A stretch of DNA of 64,000 nt from an uncultured Frankineae bacterium (GCA_902805775.1 CADCUB010000104.1:3431-67430), one strand, 5' to 3'. Counted from the first letter of the stretch, positions 19,751-31,593 are shown. Program-made: numbers and translations. Notes: generated by a model not told the origin, from the letters alone.

Positions 19751-21722
19751 GGCGCCGCTGCCGGGGCGACCGCGGCGAGCAGCTGGTCGACGACGACCTG
19801 GTCGCCGACGTGGGCGTGCACCGCGACGACGCCGGCCACCGGGGCCGCCAGAGCGTGCTCCATCTTCATCGCCTCCACCACGAGCAGGACCTGACCCTCC
19901 TCCACCTCGTCGCCGTCGGCCACCCTGACGTCGAGGACGGTGCCGGGCATGGGGCTGCGGACGTCGCCGTCGTGCGCGCCGACGTCGGCGCCCCGCCGCA
20001 GCGGCGGCAGCTCGGTCACGGCGTACGTCGTGCCGTCGACGTGCAGCCAGGTCGTCACCCCGTCGCGCACGGCCGGCACGGAGCTCGTGCGGCCCTCGCA
20101 GGTCAGCAGCAGGCCGTCGGCCGAGCGCTCCGCAGCCGCCGTCACCGGCGGGGCGCCGTCGACCGTCACCACCGCGGAGCGGACCGTGCCGGTGACGGCG
20201 ACGGTGAGCCGCTCGCCGCCCGGGCCGGCGACGTCCCAGCGCAGGCCCGCGCCGCCGCTGGCCCGCCAGCCCGCAGCCGTGTCCCACGGGTCGTCGCCCG
20301 GCCGCTGCAGCCCGAGCAGGCGGTGCAGCGCCCACGCGGCATGCACCTCCGGCGGCTGCGGGACGTCGACGAGGGCCTCCAGGTCGCGCTCGACCAGCCC
20401 GGTGTCGAGGCGCCCGGCGCGCACGTCCGGCGAGCGCAGCAGCGCCCGCAGGAAGCCGGTGTTGGTGCCGACGCCGAGCACCACGGTGCCCGCGAGCGCG
20501 CGGTCGAGCCGGGCGAGCGCCGTGGCGCGGTCGGCGCCCCACGCGACCACCTTGCTGAGCATCGGGTCGTACGTCGTGCCGACCAGACCGCCCGGCTGCA
20601 GGGAGCTGTCGACGCGCACGCCCTCACCGACCGGCTCGCGCAGCAGCAGCGCGCGCCCGCCGGTCGGGAGGAAGCCCCGGGACGGGTCCTCGGCGTAGAC
20701 GCGTGCCTCCACCGCGTGGCCGGTGAGCCGCACGTCGTCCTGCGAGAAGGCCAGCGGCTCCCCGGCGGCGACGCGCAGCTGCTGCTCGACGAGGTCCAGG
20801 CCGGTGACGAGCTCGGTCACCGGGTGCTCGACCTGCAGGCGGGTGTTCATCTCCATGAAGAACGGCTCGTCGGCGGCGTCGCCCGCCACGATGAACTCCA
20901 CGGTGCCGGCGCCGGTGTAGCCGACCGCCTCGGCCGTGCGCACCGCGAGCGCGCCGTACCGCTCGCGCTGACCGGCGTCGAGAAGTGCGGAAGGTGCTTC
21001 CTCCACGACCTTCTGGTGGCGACGCTGCAGGCTGCACTCGCGCTCCCCGAGGTGCAGCGTGCGGCCGTGGGCGTCGGCGAGCACCTGCACCTCGATGTGC
21101 CGCGGGCCGGTGATCCAGCGCTCGAGGAACAGCGTGTCGTCCCCGAAGCTCGCGGCCGCCTCGCGGCGTGCGGAGGCGAGGGCGTCCGGCAGCTCCCCCG
21201 CGGCGTGCACCAGGCGCATGCCCTTGCCCCCGCCGCCGGCCGACGGCTTGACCAGCACCGGGAAGCCGACCTCGACAGCCGCCTCCACGAGGTCGGCGTC
21301 GGTCATGCCGGGCTCGGTGCGGCCGGGGACGACGGGGACCCCGGCGGCGGCGACGGTCTGCTTGGCCCGGATCTTGTCGCCCATGACCTCGACGGCGCGC
21401 GGAGGCGGCCCGACGAACACGACGCCCGCCGACGCGCAGGCGGCCGCGAAAGCGGTGTTCTCCGAGAGGAAGCCGTAGCCGGGGTGCACCGCCTGCGCGC
21501 CGGTGCGGCGGGCCGCGTCGAGGACGCGCTCGACGTGGAGGTAGGACTCGCGGGCGGACGCCGGTCCGATCCGGACAGCGACGTCCGCCTCCCGGACGTG
21601 CCGGGCTCCGGCGTCGGCATCGGAGTAGACGGCCACGGAGCGGATCCCGAGACGTCGCAGCGTGGCGATGACCCGCACGGCGATCTCGCCGCGGTTGGCG
21701 ATGAGGACGGTGTCGAACACGG

Positions 21723-21726
<4 letters not shown>
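19747..21726 (-). CDS. Biotin-dependent acyl-CoA carboxylase alpha subunit (biotin carboxylase + BCCP; methylcrotonyl-CoA carboxylase-like)
   Basis: 659 aa. [16 protein letters not shown]-grasp GGGGKGM, C-terminal biotinylation motif EAMKME. The track ORF 19747..22095 is over-extended. Confidence 0.9.
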
Positions 21727-23306
<1,580 letters not shown>

Positions 23307-23336
23307 ACCGCTCCGTCCGGTCGTCGTGTGGGCGCT

Positions 23337-23346
23337 AGGTTAGAGT
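23337..23346. promoter_or_regulatory. Back-to-back divergent -10 elements between the liu operon and tetR
   Basis: Lower-GC patch gcTAGGTTAGAGTcc. The plus strand has TAGAGT (23341-23346), about 30 nt upstream of the tetR GTG, with SD AGGGAGG. The minus strand has TAACCT (23338-23343), with GGACAA 17 nt upstream as a -35-like element. Confidence 0.35.
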
Positions 23347-23376
23347 CCGTTCACCTCGATTGTCCAGGGAGGCCCC

Positions 23377-23943
23377 GTGGCGCAGCCCCCGCGCACCCGC
23401 GAGGTCGTCCTGCGCGAGGCCGCGCGCCTGTTCGCGGAGCGGGGGTTCCGCGGCACGTCGGTCGTCGACATCGGCACGGCGTGCGGGATCACCGGACCGG
23501 CTGTCTACAAGCACTTCCCGAACAAGGACGCGCTGCTCGGCCGCCTGCTGGTCGGCATCAGCGAGCAGCTGCTCGCCGGCGGTCGCGCCGTCGTGGCCGA
23601 CGCGCCCGACGCCCGGAGCGCCCTGCACGCCCTCGTCGACTTCCACACCGACTTCGCGCTCGCCGAGGCCGACGTCATCCGGGTGCAGGACCGGGACCTG
23701 GCGTCCCTGAACGAGCGCGACCGGGGCGTCGTGCGCCGGCTGCAGCGCAGCTACGTCGAGCTGTGGACCGACGTCCTGTGCCGACTGGAGCCGTCGTTGC
23801 CGCGCGAGGTGGCGCGCCTGCGTGCGCACGCGGTGTTCGGGCTCCTCAACAGCACGCCGCACAGCGCCCGCGGGCGTGCGGAGGCGGCTCGGCAGCTGTC
23901 GGCGATGGCGATGCGGGCGCTCGTACCGGACGGGGAGGGGTAG
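23377..23943 (+). CDS. TetR-family transcriptional regulator (divergent from the liu-type operon)
   Basis: 188 aa. N-terminal HTH EAARLFAERGFRGTSVVDIGTACGITGPAVYKHFPNKDALL. Confidence 0.9.
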   Translation: MAQPPRTREVVLREAARLFAERGFRGTSVVDIGTACGITGPAVYKHFPNKDALLGRLLVGISEQLLAGGRAVVADAPDARSALHALVDFHTDFALAEADVIRVQDRDLASLNERDRGVVRRLQRSYVELWTDVLCRLEPSLPREVARLRAHAVFGLLNSTPHSARGRAEAARQLSAMAMRALVPDGEG

Positions 23944-24314
23944 CTCGGGAGGCTGTCCGGGGTGAGCGCGGTGGGTGCCGCTGCCGGAGCGTTCGCGACC
24001 CCTGCTGGTGCGGCTGGTGCGCCGGCGGCCCGGCCGGCGAGGTGGCCCGACCGCGGACAGGTCCAACCCACCCGCGGGTGCGGAATCCAGTCGCGGCTGC
24101 AAGGGCACCGACCGGGGCGGCAAGCGCTCCAGGCGCACGGGCGCGTCGTCGTGCCGGTCGACAGCTCCGCCTCGTGCCCTCGAGCGCCTCGACCACGAGT
24201 TCGTGGTGCACGCGAGTCAGCACCGGTTCGGTCACAGCGGTGCGAGTCCCCCGAGCGCCGGAACGCTTCTTCCACAGCCCCTTCCGACACCACGGTTCTG
24301 TCACAGGGCGGCGA

Positions 24315-24320
24315 TAGGTT
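24315..24320 (+). promoter_or_regulatory. Predicted -10 hexamer TAGGTT, 6 nt upstream of the ATG at 24327 (leaderless)
   Basis: aTAGGTTgctcccATG. No SD. Confidence 0.45.
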
Positions 24321-24326
24321 GCTCCC

Positions 24327-26123
24327 ATGGCAGTCGGTCAGGCAGCGCTCCGGGGGACGCTCGACGTCTCAGCGCTGAACGCGATCGAGACCTCCCTGGA
24401 GGTCGCGGGTGTGGCCCGCTGCTTCCAGCACGCGCAGCTGCTGCGCGAGGTCCTCGCGTTGCACCGGCTGCACCTGCAGGCCGACATGGTGCTGGCCACC
24501 GTGCCGCAGGTGGCCTTGCTGCTGCAGCTGTCCGAGAGTGCCGCCAGGGACCGGCTCGCCGAGGCGCAGCTGCTGCTGTCGTTGCCCGGTGGACTGGAGG
24601 CGCTGGAGTGCGGGCTGCTGACCGTCGAGCAGTCCGCCGCGGTGCTGCGCAGCCTCGGTGATCTCAGTCTGCGAGTGCGCCTGGCGGTGTGGCAGCGGTT
24701 GCAGGCCCGCTTGCTCGCGGCGCTCGACGAGGGCACACCGTTGCCCGGGCACGAGGTCGGCCGACTGCTGCGCAGCTGGGTCATCGCGGCCGATCCCGCA
24801 GGAGCGCAGGAGCGCCGGCGGGCCGCGGAGGCTGCGGGCGACGTGAGCTACCGCCGCCGTGAGGACGGCCTGGGGGACCTGTTCGCGACCGGGATGTCCG
24901 CGCCGTTGCTGCAGGCGGTGCTGTGCCGGATCCGCGAGGCCTCCCGACCGTGGGGCAGCGACGACGAGCGCAGTGCCGGCAAGCGACGCCTGGACGCACT
25001 GGTCGACCTGGTCCTGGGTCGGGACGCGCTGCCGTCGGCTCTCGACGTGTGCGACTCGACCACGGACACGCCTGAGGACGACACGCGTCGTGACGGGCGA
25101 CGGGGTCGCGCGTGCGGGCCGCGCTGCGGCTGTCGCCTCGACGCCCCGGCACCGTGCGGCGTCGACGTCCTCGTGCACGTGCCGCTCGGCGCCGCCCTCG
25201 GCATCACCGACGAGCTCGGCGAGCTCGTCGGACACGGACCGCTCGACCCGGAGCAGCTGGCCCAGATCTTGTCCGCCGGCCCGCGCCTGCGGGCCGTGCA
25301 CGTCGACGCGCACGGCGTCCCCGTCAGTGTCGGCGACGCGGTGCACCTCCTCCCCCGCGACGACCCCGCCGCCCTCCGCACGGCGCTGCTGAACCTCGCC
25401 GCCACGCCACCGAGACCTGCGCAGCCGCAGCACCCGCACGACCACCAGCCACCCGCGCATGCACGGCCACGGCCACGTGGCGGCCCCGCAGTACCGGCCC
25501 AGCCACGACAGGAGCCCTTCTCCACCGGCGAGCCGCACGCACCGCGTCCCCCCGGCGAGACGCACCCACCTCGTCCACCCGGCCAGCAGCACGCACCGCG
25601 TCCGCCCGGTCCGTACCGGCCGCCACGGTGGCTGCGTCGGCTCGTGGAGTGCCGCTCCCCCCGTTGTGAGTGGCCGGGCTGCGGCGTGCGCGCGCAGTTC
25701 TGCGACTTCGAGCACGACCAGGCATGGCCGACCGGACCGACGTGCGCGTGCAACACCGGGCCGCTGTGCCGCCACCACCACCGGGTCAAGCAGCTGCACC
25801 TGTTCCGCAAGACCCGTGGCGCACAGAGCGCGGTGTCCTGGACCGACCCCACCGGCCGCACGTGGACGGGAGCCGGTCAGCACGACGCCCCCGCCGCCGT
25901 GGTGCGGCCGCTCCCCGCCGTGCCCCCTGCCGAGACGCACAGCCTGAGCCCGCAGGCCCTGGCCGAGCTGTTCGCCCGACCGGACACCGATCCCGTCAGG
26001 TACGAGCTGCGGGCTCCCGACGTCGACGTCGACAGCCCCGACCACGACCTGCTCGCTGACCGCCTCGACGGCGACACCCGCTGGGGACTCGACCTCGACG
26101 ACCCCTACGCCTGGGCCTCCTGA
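24327..26123 (+). CDS. DUF222-domain HNH endonuclease (13E12-repeat family type)
   Basis: 598 aa. N-terminal DUF222-like helical region (LPGGLEALECGLLTVEQSAAVLRSL), Pro-rich repeat linker, C-terminal HNH/Zn motif CEWPGCGVRAQFCDFEHDQAWPTGPTCACNTGPLCRHHHRVK. Confidence 0.85.
   Translation: MAVGQAALRGTLDVSALNAIETSLEVAGVARCFQHAQLLREVLALHRLHLQADMVLATVPQVALLLQLSESAARDRLAEAQLLLSLPGGLEALECGLLTVEQSAAVLRSLGDLSLRVRLAVWQRLQARLLAALDEGTPLPGHEVGRLLRSWVIAADPAGAQERRRAAEAAGDVSYRRREDGLGDLFATGMSAPLLQAVLCRIREASRPWGSDDERSAGKRRLDALVDLVLGRDALPSALDVCDSTTDTPEDDTRRDGRRGRACGPRCGCRLDAPAPCGVDVLVHVPLGAALGITDELGELVGHGPLDPEQLAQILSAGPRLRAVHVDAHGVPVSVGDAVHLLPRDDPAALRTALLNLAATPPRPAQPQHPHDHQPPAHARPRPRGGPAVPAQPRQEPFSTGEPHAPRPPGETHPPRPPGQQHAPRPPGPYRPPRWLRRLVECRSPRCEWPGCGVRAQFCDFEHDQAWPTGPTCACNTGPLCRHHHRVKQLHLFRKTRGAQSAVSWTDPTGRTWTGAGQHDAPAAVVRPLPAVPPAETHSLSPQALAELFARPDTDPVRYELRAPDVDVDSPDHDLLADRLDGDTRWGLDLDDPYAWAS
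25536..25616 (+). repeat. In-frame 27-nt x3 imperfect tandem repeat encoding H-x-P-R-P-P-G-x-x
   Basis: cacgcaccgcgtccccccggcgagacg / cacccacctcgtccacccggccagcag / cacgcaccgcgtccgcccggtccgtac. Translates to HAPRPPGET HPPRPPGQQ HAPRPPGPY. Confidence 0.8.
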
Positions 26124-26279
26124 CCACGTCGCCAGGTGCTGCACGACCGGACAACGCCGGCAGGCGGCAGGTCGGTGGCGCCACCGCAGTCGGCCGTCCC
26201 CCACGCCCTGAGCACGGTGACGTCTGTCCCGAGAGCAGCAGCGGCAGAGGCGCACGGACGCCTGTCCCGCACGGTCCCC

Positions 26280-27608
26280 TCAGGCCGAGCCCGGCTCCTC
26301 CTCACGGAAGCGCACTGACACCGCCTGGCCGTGCGCGGGCAGGTCCTCCGCAGCAGCCAGCGCGACCACGTGGTGCGCCACCTCGCGCAGGGCCTCGCGG
26401 TCGTACTCGACCAGGTGCACGCCACGCAGGAACGTCTGCACCGACAGGCCGCTGGAGTGGCAGGCGCAGCCGCCGGTCGGCAGGACGTGGTTGGACCCGG
26501 CGCAGTAGTCGCCGAGCGACACCGGGGCGTACGGGCCGACGAAGACTGCGCCGGCGTTGCGCACGCGCCGGGCGACCGTCGGGGCGTCGCGCGTGTGGAT
26601 CTCGAGATGCTCTGCTGCGTAGGCGTTCACCACGACGAGCCCGGCGTCGAGGTCGTCCACCAGGACCACCGCCGACTGCGGGCCCCCGAGCGCCTCGCGG
26701 ATGCGCTCGGAGTGCTTGGTCGCCGGCACCTGCTCCTCGAGCGCCGCGACGACGTCCCGGGCCAGCTCCTCGCTGTCGGTCACGAGCACCGACGCGGCGA
26801 TGACGTCGTGCTCCGCCTGGCTGACGAGGTCGGCCGCCACGAATGCCGCGTCCGCCGAATCGTCGGCCAGCACGGCGATCTCGGTCGGGCCGGCCTCCGA
26901 GTCGATCCCGATCAGTCCCTTGAGCAGGCGCTTGGCCGCCGTCACCCAGATGTTGCCCGGTCCGGTGACCAGGTCGGTCTTGCGGCAGACGAGCACTCCG
27001 TCGGCGTCGCGCGCGCCGTACGCGAACATCGCCACCGCCTGGGCACCGCCGACCGCGTAGACCTCGTCGATGCCGAGAAGCGCTGCTGCAGCGAGGATCG
27101 TGGGGTGCGGCAGCCCGCCGAAGTCCTGCTGCGGCGGGGAGGCGATCGCGATCGACGGGACGCCGGCCTCCTGCGCCGGGACGACGTTCATCACCACCGA
27201 GCTCGGGTAGACGGCGCGCCCGCCCGGCACGTACAGGCCGACCCGGTCGACCGGCAGCCACCGTGCGGTGACCGTGCCGCCGTCGGACAGCCGGGTCGTG
27301 TGCTCCTCGCGGCGCTGGTCGCGGTGGACCAGCCGCGCACGTCGGACCGACTCGTCCAGCGCCGCCCGCACGGCCGGGTCGAGCTCGTCCAGGGCACGCC
27401 GCAGCGCCTCCGCCGGGACCCGCAGCGAGGGCGGCCGCACGCCGTCGAAGCGCTCGCCGAGCTCGAGCAGCGCCTCGACCCCGCCGTCACGCACCTGCGC
27501 GACGATGGGCCGGACGCGGTCCAGCGCGGCCTCCACGTCGAGGGCGGCACGGGGCAGGACCACACCGTCGGACGGGTCCGAGCCGCGCAGGTCGAGGAGC
27601 GAGATCAT
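26280..27608 (-). CDS. hisD: Histidinol dehydrogenase
   Basis: 442 aa from the ATG at 27608. [33 protein letters not shown]. The track ORF 26280..28598 is over-extended. Confidence 0.9.
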   Translation of the reverse strand: MISLLDLRGSDPSDGVVLPRAALDVEAALDRVRPIVAQVRDGGVEALLELGERFDGVRPPSLRVPAEALRRALDELDPAVRAALDESVRRARLVHRDQRREEHTTRLSDGGTVTARWLPVDRVGLYVPGGRAVYPSSVVMNVVPAQEAGVPSIAIASPPQQDFGGLPHPTILAAAALLGIDEVYAVGGAQAVAMFAYGARDADGVLVCRKTDLVTGPGNIWVTAAKRLLKGLIGIDSEAGPTEIAVLADDSADAAFVAADLVSQAEHDVIAASVLVTDSEELARDVVAALEEQVPATKHSERIREALGGPQSAVVLVDDLDAGLVVVNAYAAEHLEIHTRDAPTVARRVRNAGAVFVGPYAPVSLGDYCAGSNHVLPTGGCACHSSGLSVQTFLRGVHLVEYDREALREVAHHVVALAAAEDLPAHGQAVSVRFREEEPGSA

Positions 27609-27614
27609 GCGCCC

Positions 27615-27620
27615 AGGGTA
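27615..27620 (-). promoter_or_regulatory. Predicted -10 hexamer TACCCT, 6 nt upstream of the hisD ATG (leaderless)
   Basis: Minus-strand reading cgTACCCTgggcgcATG. No SD. Confidence 0.45.
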
Positions 27621-27710
27621 CGAGCGCCCGCGTGCACCGGCACACCGTCCCGGCCCGCCGGCGGCCTGCTTGACTCCGACCCGACCCGTCCGGACCTCCA
27701 GGAGCCGCAC

Positions 27711-28679
27711 ATGCGCGCAGTCCACATCTCCCGGCTCGACGGCCCCGGGGCGGTGGAGGTCGTCGACGTCGACGAGCCCGTCCCCGGTCCGGACCAGGTG
27801 CTCATCGACGTCGAGGTGGCGGGGGTCAGCTTCCCCGAGGTCCTGCAGAGCCGTGGGGCCTACCAGCTCAAGCCCGAGCTGCCCTTCGTCCCCGGCTCGG
27901 AGGTCGCGGGCGTCGTGCGCACGGCCCCCGAGGGCGCCGCGGTGCGCGCGGGTCAGCGGGTCGCAGCCTTCCCCGGCCTCGGGGGCTTCTCGCAGGTCGT
28001 CGCCGCCTCGCCGGACCTCGTCTTCCCGCTGCCCGACCGCCTGTCCTTCGCCGCGGCCGCCGCGCTGCCGATGAACTACCTGACCGTGCACTTCGGCCTG
28101 ACCCGGCGCGGCGGGCTGCGCAGCGGCGAGACCGTCCTCGTCCACGGCGCCGCGGGTGGTGTGGGCACGGCCGCCGTGCAGCTCGCGACGGCGCTCGGCG
28201 CACGCGTCATCGCCGTCACGTCCTCCGAGCGCAAGGCGGAGGTGGCCCGGGCCGCCGGCGCCGCCGAGACGGTCCTCGCCGACGGCTTCCGCGACGCCGT
28301 GCGCGCGCTGACCGGCGGCCGCGGCGTCGACCTCGTGGTCGACCCGGTGGGCGGTGACCGGTTCACCGACTCGCTCCGCAGCCTGGCCCCGGAGGGCCGC
28401 CTGCTCGTCATCGGCTTCACCGGCGGTGAGATCCCCACGGTCAAGGTCAACCGCCTGCTGCTCAACAACATCTCGGTGGTCGGCGTCGGCTGGGGTGCCT
28501 ACTGGACCGCGCGCCCGGAGTACCTGCAGGAGCAGTGGTCCGAGCTGCTGCCGCTGCTCGAGGCGGGCACGCTCGACCCCGTGCTCGGCACGACCCACCG
28601 GCTCGAGGACGCCGCCGCCGCGCTCCTCGAGCTCGACGAGCGGCGCGCCGCCGGCAAGGTGCTGCTCACCACACGCTGA
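27711..28679 (+). CDS. NADPH:quinone oxidoreductase / MDR-family zinc-independent dehydrogenase
   Basis: 322 aa from the ATG at 27711 (SD GGAG). GSEVAGVV, cofactor motif [16 protein letters not shown]. Confidence 0.85.
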   Translation: MRAVHISRLDGPGAVEVVDVDEPVPGPDQVLIDVEVAGVSFPEVLQSRGAYQLKPELPFVPGSEVAGVVRTAPEGAAVRAGQRVAAFPGLGGFSQVVAASPDLVFPLPDRLSFAAAAALPMNYLTVHFGLTRRGGLRSGETVLVHGAAGGVGTAAVQLATALGARVIAVTSSERKAEVARAAGAAETVLADGFRDAVRALTGGRGVDLVVDPVGGDRFTDSLRSLAPEGRLLVIGFTGGEIPTVKVNRLLLNNISVVGVGWGAYWTARPEYLQEQWSELLPLLEAGTLDPVLGTTHRLEDAAAALLELDERRAAGKVLLTTR

Positions 28680-28723
28680 GCCTGCTGGGAAGCCCGCGCC
28701 CGCGGCCCGGGTTGCCGACAGGG

Positions 28724-30070
28724 ATGACTGCTGCGCCCGCGACCCCCGTGACCGCTCCCTCCGCCGTCCCGACCCGGGCCTGGGCGGTCTGGGTCGTCGG
28801 CCTGGTGGCGTACGTCGTCGCGGTGTTCTCCCGCGCCTCCCTCGGCGTCGCCGGGGTGGAGGCGCAGGAGCGCTTCGACGCCGGCGCGTCGGCGATCTCG
28901 CTGTTCGTCGTGCTGCAGCTGGCCGTCTACGCGTCCCTGCAGGTGCCGGTCGGCGTGGCTCTGGACCGCCTGGGCTCGCGCCGCATGGTCCTGCTCGGCG
29001 CGCTCACGATCGCGGCCGGCCAGCTGGTGCTGGGCCTGGCCGACGACGTCGCCACCGCCGTCTTCGCCCGGGTGCTCGTCGGCGCCGGCGACGCGATGAC
29101 CTTCATCAGCGTGCTGCGGATCGTGTCGATGTGGTTCCCGGGCCGACGGGTGCCGGTGCTGACCCAGCTCACCGGCATCCTCGGCCAGCTCGGCCAGGTC
29201 GTCGCCGCCTACCCCCTCGTGCGCGCGCTCGACGTCTGGGAGTGGCAGGCGACGTTCGTCGGGGCCGCCGCGGTGAGCGTGCTGGTGGCCGTGCTCGTCG
29301 CCGTCGCGCTGCAGGACGCGCCGACGGCGACGGACGCGCCGCCCGTCGGCCTGTCGCAGGTGCGGCACGACCTCGCCGCGACCTGGCGCGAGCCGGGCAC
29401 CCGGATCGGCCTGTGGACCCACACGGTCACCCAGTTCTCCGGCACCGTCTTCATGCTGCTGTGGGGCTACCCGTTCCTCGTCGTGGGCCAGGGACTGGCG
29501 CCCGGTACGGCCGCGGCGCTGCTGACCGTCATGGTCGTCGTCGGGATGGCGTTCGGCCCCCTGCTGGGGCACGTCGTCGCGGTCTGGCCGCTGCGCCGCT
29601 CCTCCGTGGTCTTCGCCGTCGTCGCGGCGACGGTGCTCTCGTGGAGCGCCGTGCTGGCCTGGCCGGGACGGGCGCCGCTGGCGCTGCTCGTGCTGCTCGC
29701 CGTGGTGCTCGGCACCAACGGACCGACCTCGATGATCGGCTTCGACTACGCCCGTACGGAGAACCCGGCCGCGCGCCTGGGCAGCGCGAGCGGCGTCGTC
29801 AACGTCGGCGGCTTCGTGGCCTCGCTGGTGCTCATGCTGGCCGTCGGTGTCGTGCTCGACGTGCTCACCCCCGGACGCAGCACCGACTACTCCCTCGGCG
29901 CGTTCAAGGCGGCCTTCGCGGTGCAGTACGTCGTGTGGGTGCTGGGCGCCTGGCAGGTGCTGCGCTACCGCCGGCGCATCCGGGCACGGCTGGCGACCGA
30001 GGGGGTCGTGCTCGCTCCGCTGCACCAGGCGGTGGCGGCGCGGCTGCGCGGGACCTCCGCCTACCGCTGA
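28724..30070 (+). CDS. MFS transporter
   Basis: About 448 aa from the ATG at 28724. 12 hydrophobic segments. MFS loop motif [14 protein letters not shown]. Confidence 0.8.
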   Translation: MTAAPATPVTAPSAVPTRAWAVWVVGLVAYVVAVFSRASLGVAGVEAQERFDAGASAISLFVVLQLAVYASLQVPVGVALDRLGSRRMVLLGALTIAAGQLVLGLADDVATAVFARVLVGAGDAMTFISVLRIVSMWFPGRRVPVLTQLTGILGQLGQVVAAYPLVRALDVWEWQATFVGAAAVSVLVAVLVAVALQDAPTATDAPPVGLSQVRHDLAATWREPGTRIGLWTHTVTQFSGTVFMLLWGYPFLVVGQGLAPGTAAALLTVMVVVGMAFGPLLGHVVAVWPLRRSSVVFAVVAATVLSWSAVLAWPGRAPLALLVLLAVVLGTNGPTSMIGFDYARTENPAARLGSASGVVNVGGFVASLVLMLAVGVVLDVLTPGRSTDYSLGAFKAAFAVQYVVWVLGAWQVLRYRRRIRARLATEGVVLAPLHQAVAARLRGTSAYR

Positions 30071-30096
30071 GCCGCGTCAGGACGTCGCGACGCGGC
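30071..30096. terminator. Hairpin between convergent genes (possible bidirectional terminator)
   Basis: 8-bp stem GCCGCGTC / GACGCGGC with a 10-nt loop. Overlaps the 3' end of the SGNH gene. Confidence 0.35.
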
Positions 30097-30970
30097 CGCC
30101 GACGGCGTCGAGGAACGCCCGGGCGATGCGGACGTGACCGGACGTGCTGGGGTGCAGGCAGTCCAGGCCGCCCACGAAGTCGTCGGGAGCCTCGAGCCGT
30201 CCGGCGGTCTCCACGCTGACGGCGCCGTGCTCCTCGGCCCGCGCTCGGATCAGGTCGTTGAGCCCGGGCTGCCCGCCTGTCCCCTCGAGCACCTCCTCGG
30301 CGAGGGGAGCGAGCGAGGCCAGCCGGCAGGCCGGGAGCGGGTCGTAGTAGGTCGACACGGCGACCGGCGTGCCGGGACCGGCGGCGTCGGTGAGCCGGCC
30401 CAGCAGCGCGTCGAGCCCCGCGTCGGCCTGCCGCAGCGCCGCCGTGACCGCCTGGGGACAGGCCGGGTCCTCGACCGACCGGGCGCAGGCCCGCACGACC
30501 GGCACGAAGACGTCGTTGCCGCCGACGGTGACGGTGACGAGGCGCACGTCGCCCCCCGCGAGCAGCTCGCGGGCGGCGGGGACCTGCTGCTGCAGCACCG
30601 TTCCGGTCGTCGCGCCCGGGACGGCCAGGTTCCGCACGGCCAGCCGGCAGGCGTCGGCGGTCGCACAGCCTGTGCGCCCGGCCAGCAGTCCCGCCAGCAC
30701 CGGGACGTAGCCCTGCGTCTCGGGCTGACCCGCGCCGACCCCCGCGGCGACCGAGTCGCCGAGCGCGAGGTGGGTCGAGGCCGGAGCGGGCGGCGACGGG
30801 GCCGGGTCCGCGGGCACCGCTGACGGGGACGGCGCGGACGGGGACGAGGACGACGGCGGGGACGGCGATGCCGAGGGAGGCGGCGCCGCCCGCGGTCCGG
30901 CGGACGAGCACGCGCTGACGGACACCGCAGCGCACGTCAGCACCGCCAGCCACCGGAGCCCCACTGCCAC
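30077..30970 (-). CDS. SGNH/GDSL-family hydrolase lipoprotein
   Basis: Signal peptide plus lipobox VSAC, Pro/Ser-rich linker, block I LGDSVAAG, block III GGND, block V-like CLHPS. GTG start at 30970 (alternative 30964). Confidence 0.75.
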   Translation of the reverse strand: MAVGLRWLAVLTCAAVSVSACSSAGPRAAPPPSASPSPPSSSSPSAPSPSAVPADPAPSPPAPASTHLALGDSVAAGVGAGQPETQGYVPVLAGLLAGRTGCATADACRLAVRNLAVPGATTGTVLQQQVPAARELLAGGDVRLVTVTVGGNDVFVPVVRACARSVEDPACPQAVTAALRQADAGLDALLGRLTDAAGPGTPVAVSTYYDPLPACRLASLAPLAEEVLEGTGGQPGLNDLIRARAEEHGAVSVETAGRLEAPDDFVGGLDCLHPSTSGHVRIARAFLDAVGGRVATS

Positions 30971-31017
30971 GTGCAGTCGGTGCCCGCTGGGCGCCTGCCC
31001 AGTCGCCGGCTGCCGGG

Positions 31018-31437
31018 TCAGGGTCCCGGAGCGGGGTGGGGGACGACCAGCACGGGCCGGGTGGACCGGGAGACGATGGCGAGCGGGACGCTGCCGAGCA
31101 GCCGGGTGGCGACGGCCGGGCGGGAGCTGGCGCCGACCACGATGATGTCGGCCTGCTGCTGCTCGGCGAAGGCCAGGACCTGCTCGCGCGCGACGCCGGG
31201 CAGCACGGTCGAGGTCGCCTGAACGCCCGCGGCGGTCAGGCGCTGCTCGGCGAGGGCCGCGGCCTCGGCGGCCTGCGCGGCGAAGACGGTGCGCGGCACG
31301 GGCGCCAGCCGCTCGAGCTCGACCTCGTCGACGCAGACGACGGCGACCGTGGCGCCCGTCTTGAGCGCGAAGTCGGCCGTCGCGTCGACGACCCAGGGCT
31401 GGTCGACCTCCGCGTTGGCGGCGAGAACGAGGTGCAT
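31018..31437 (-). CDS. Universal stress protein (UspA family)
   Basis: 139 aa from the ATG at 31437 (SD GGAGGA). C-terminal IIVVGASSRPAVATRLLGSVPLAIVSRSTRPVLVV ATP-binding-type motif. Confidence 0.8.
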   Translation of the reverse strand: MHLVLAANAEVDQPWVVDATADFALKTGATVAVVCVDEVELERLAPVPRTVFAAQAAEAAALAEQRLTAAGVQATSTVLPGVAREQVLAFAEQQQADIIVVGASSRPAVATRLLGSVPLAIVSRSTRPVLVVPHPAPGP

Positions 31438-31593
31438 CGGAGTCCTCCGGTCGGTCGGCCTGCGCCTGCACGGACTGTCCCACGTCGGGAGCCGGCCTGC
31501 GGTGCTCGACAACGGGCCTCCCGTGCCGGAGCCTGCGCATCGAGCACTGCGCACTGAGCACGTGCCCGTACCCGCGGTGACCGGAGGTGCGTC

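Larger units (their letters stand above)
23944..26279 (+). mobile_element. Possible REP13E12-like selfish element (DUF222-HNH gene plus long 5' non-coding leader); boundaries undefined
   Basis: A single gene flanked by 383 bp and 156 bp of non-coding DNA, sitting between unrelated housekeeping units. No integrase, transposase or terminal repeats seen. Confidence 0.3.

Noticed and set aside
24225-24262. A tRNA-like T-arm fragment (ggtgcgagtccccc) in the leader of the HNH gene, considered as a possible tRNA 3'-end remnant or att site.
   Set aside because: The flanking bases do not form a T-stem or acceptor stem, and no cloverleaf can be drawn. The resemblance to GGTTCGAGTCC is partial and plausible by chance in GC-rich DNA.
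25536-25616. The 27-nt tandem repeats, considered as a possible mini CRISPR-like array.
   Set aside because: The repeats are directly adjacent with no spacers. They are in frame inside a continuous coding sequence and encode a Pro-rich linker.
26174-26185. A perfect 12-bp palindrome GGTGGCGCCACC in the HNH/hisD convergent spacer.
   Set aside because: It is short and GC-only, with no loop, so it is not a terminator hairpin. It is likely a chance or restriction-site-like palindrome with no supporting context.
31438-31593. A riboswitch or leader element upstream of the APC permease. The Kef upstream region 4932-5032 and the hisD leader were examined for the same reason.
   Set aside because: I could not recognise any conserved riboswitch core (ydaO/c-di-AMP, glycine, lysine, T-box). 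Only generic GC hairpins are present. A covariance-model scan would be needed to exclude one.
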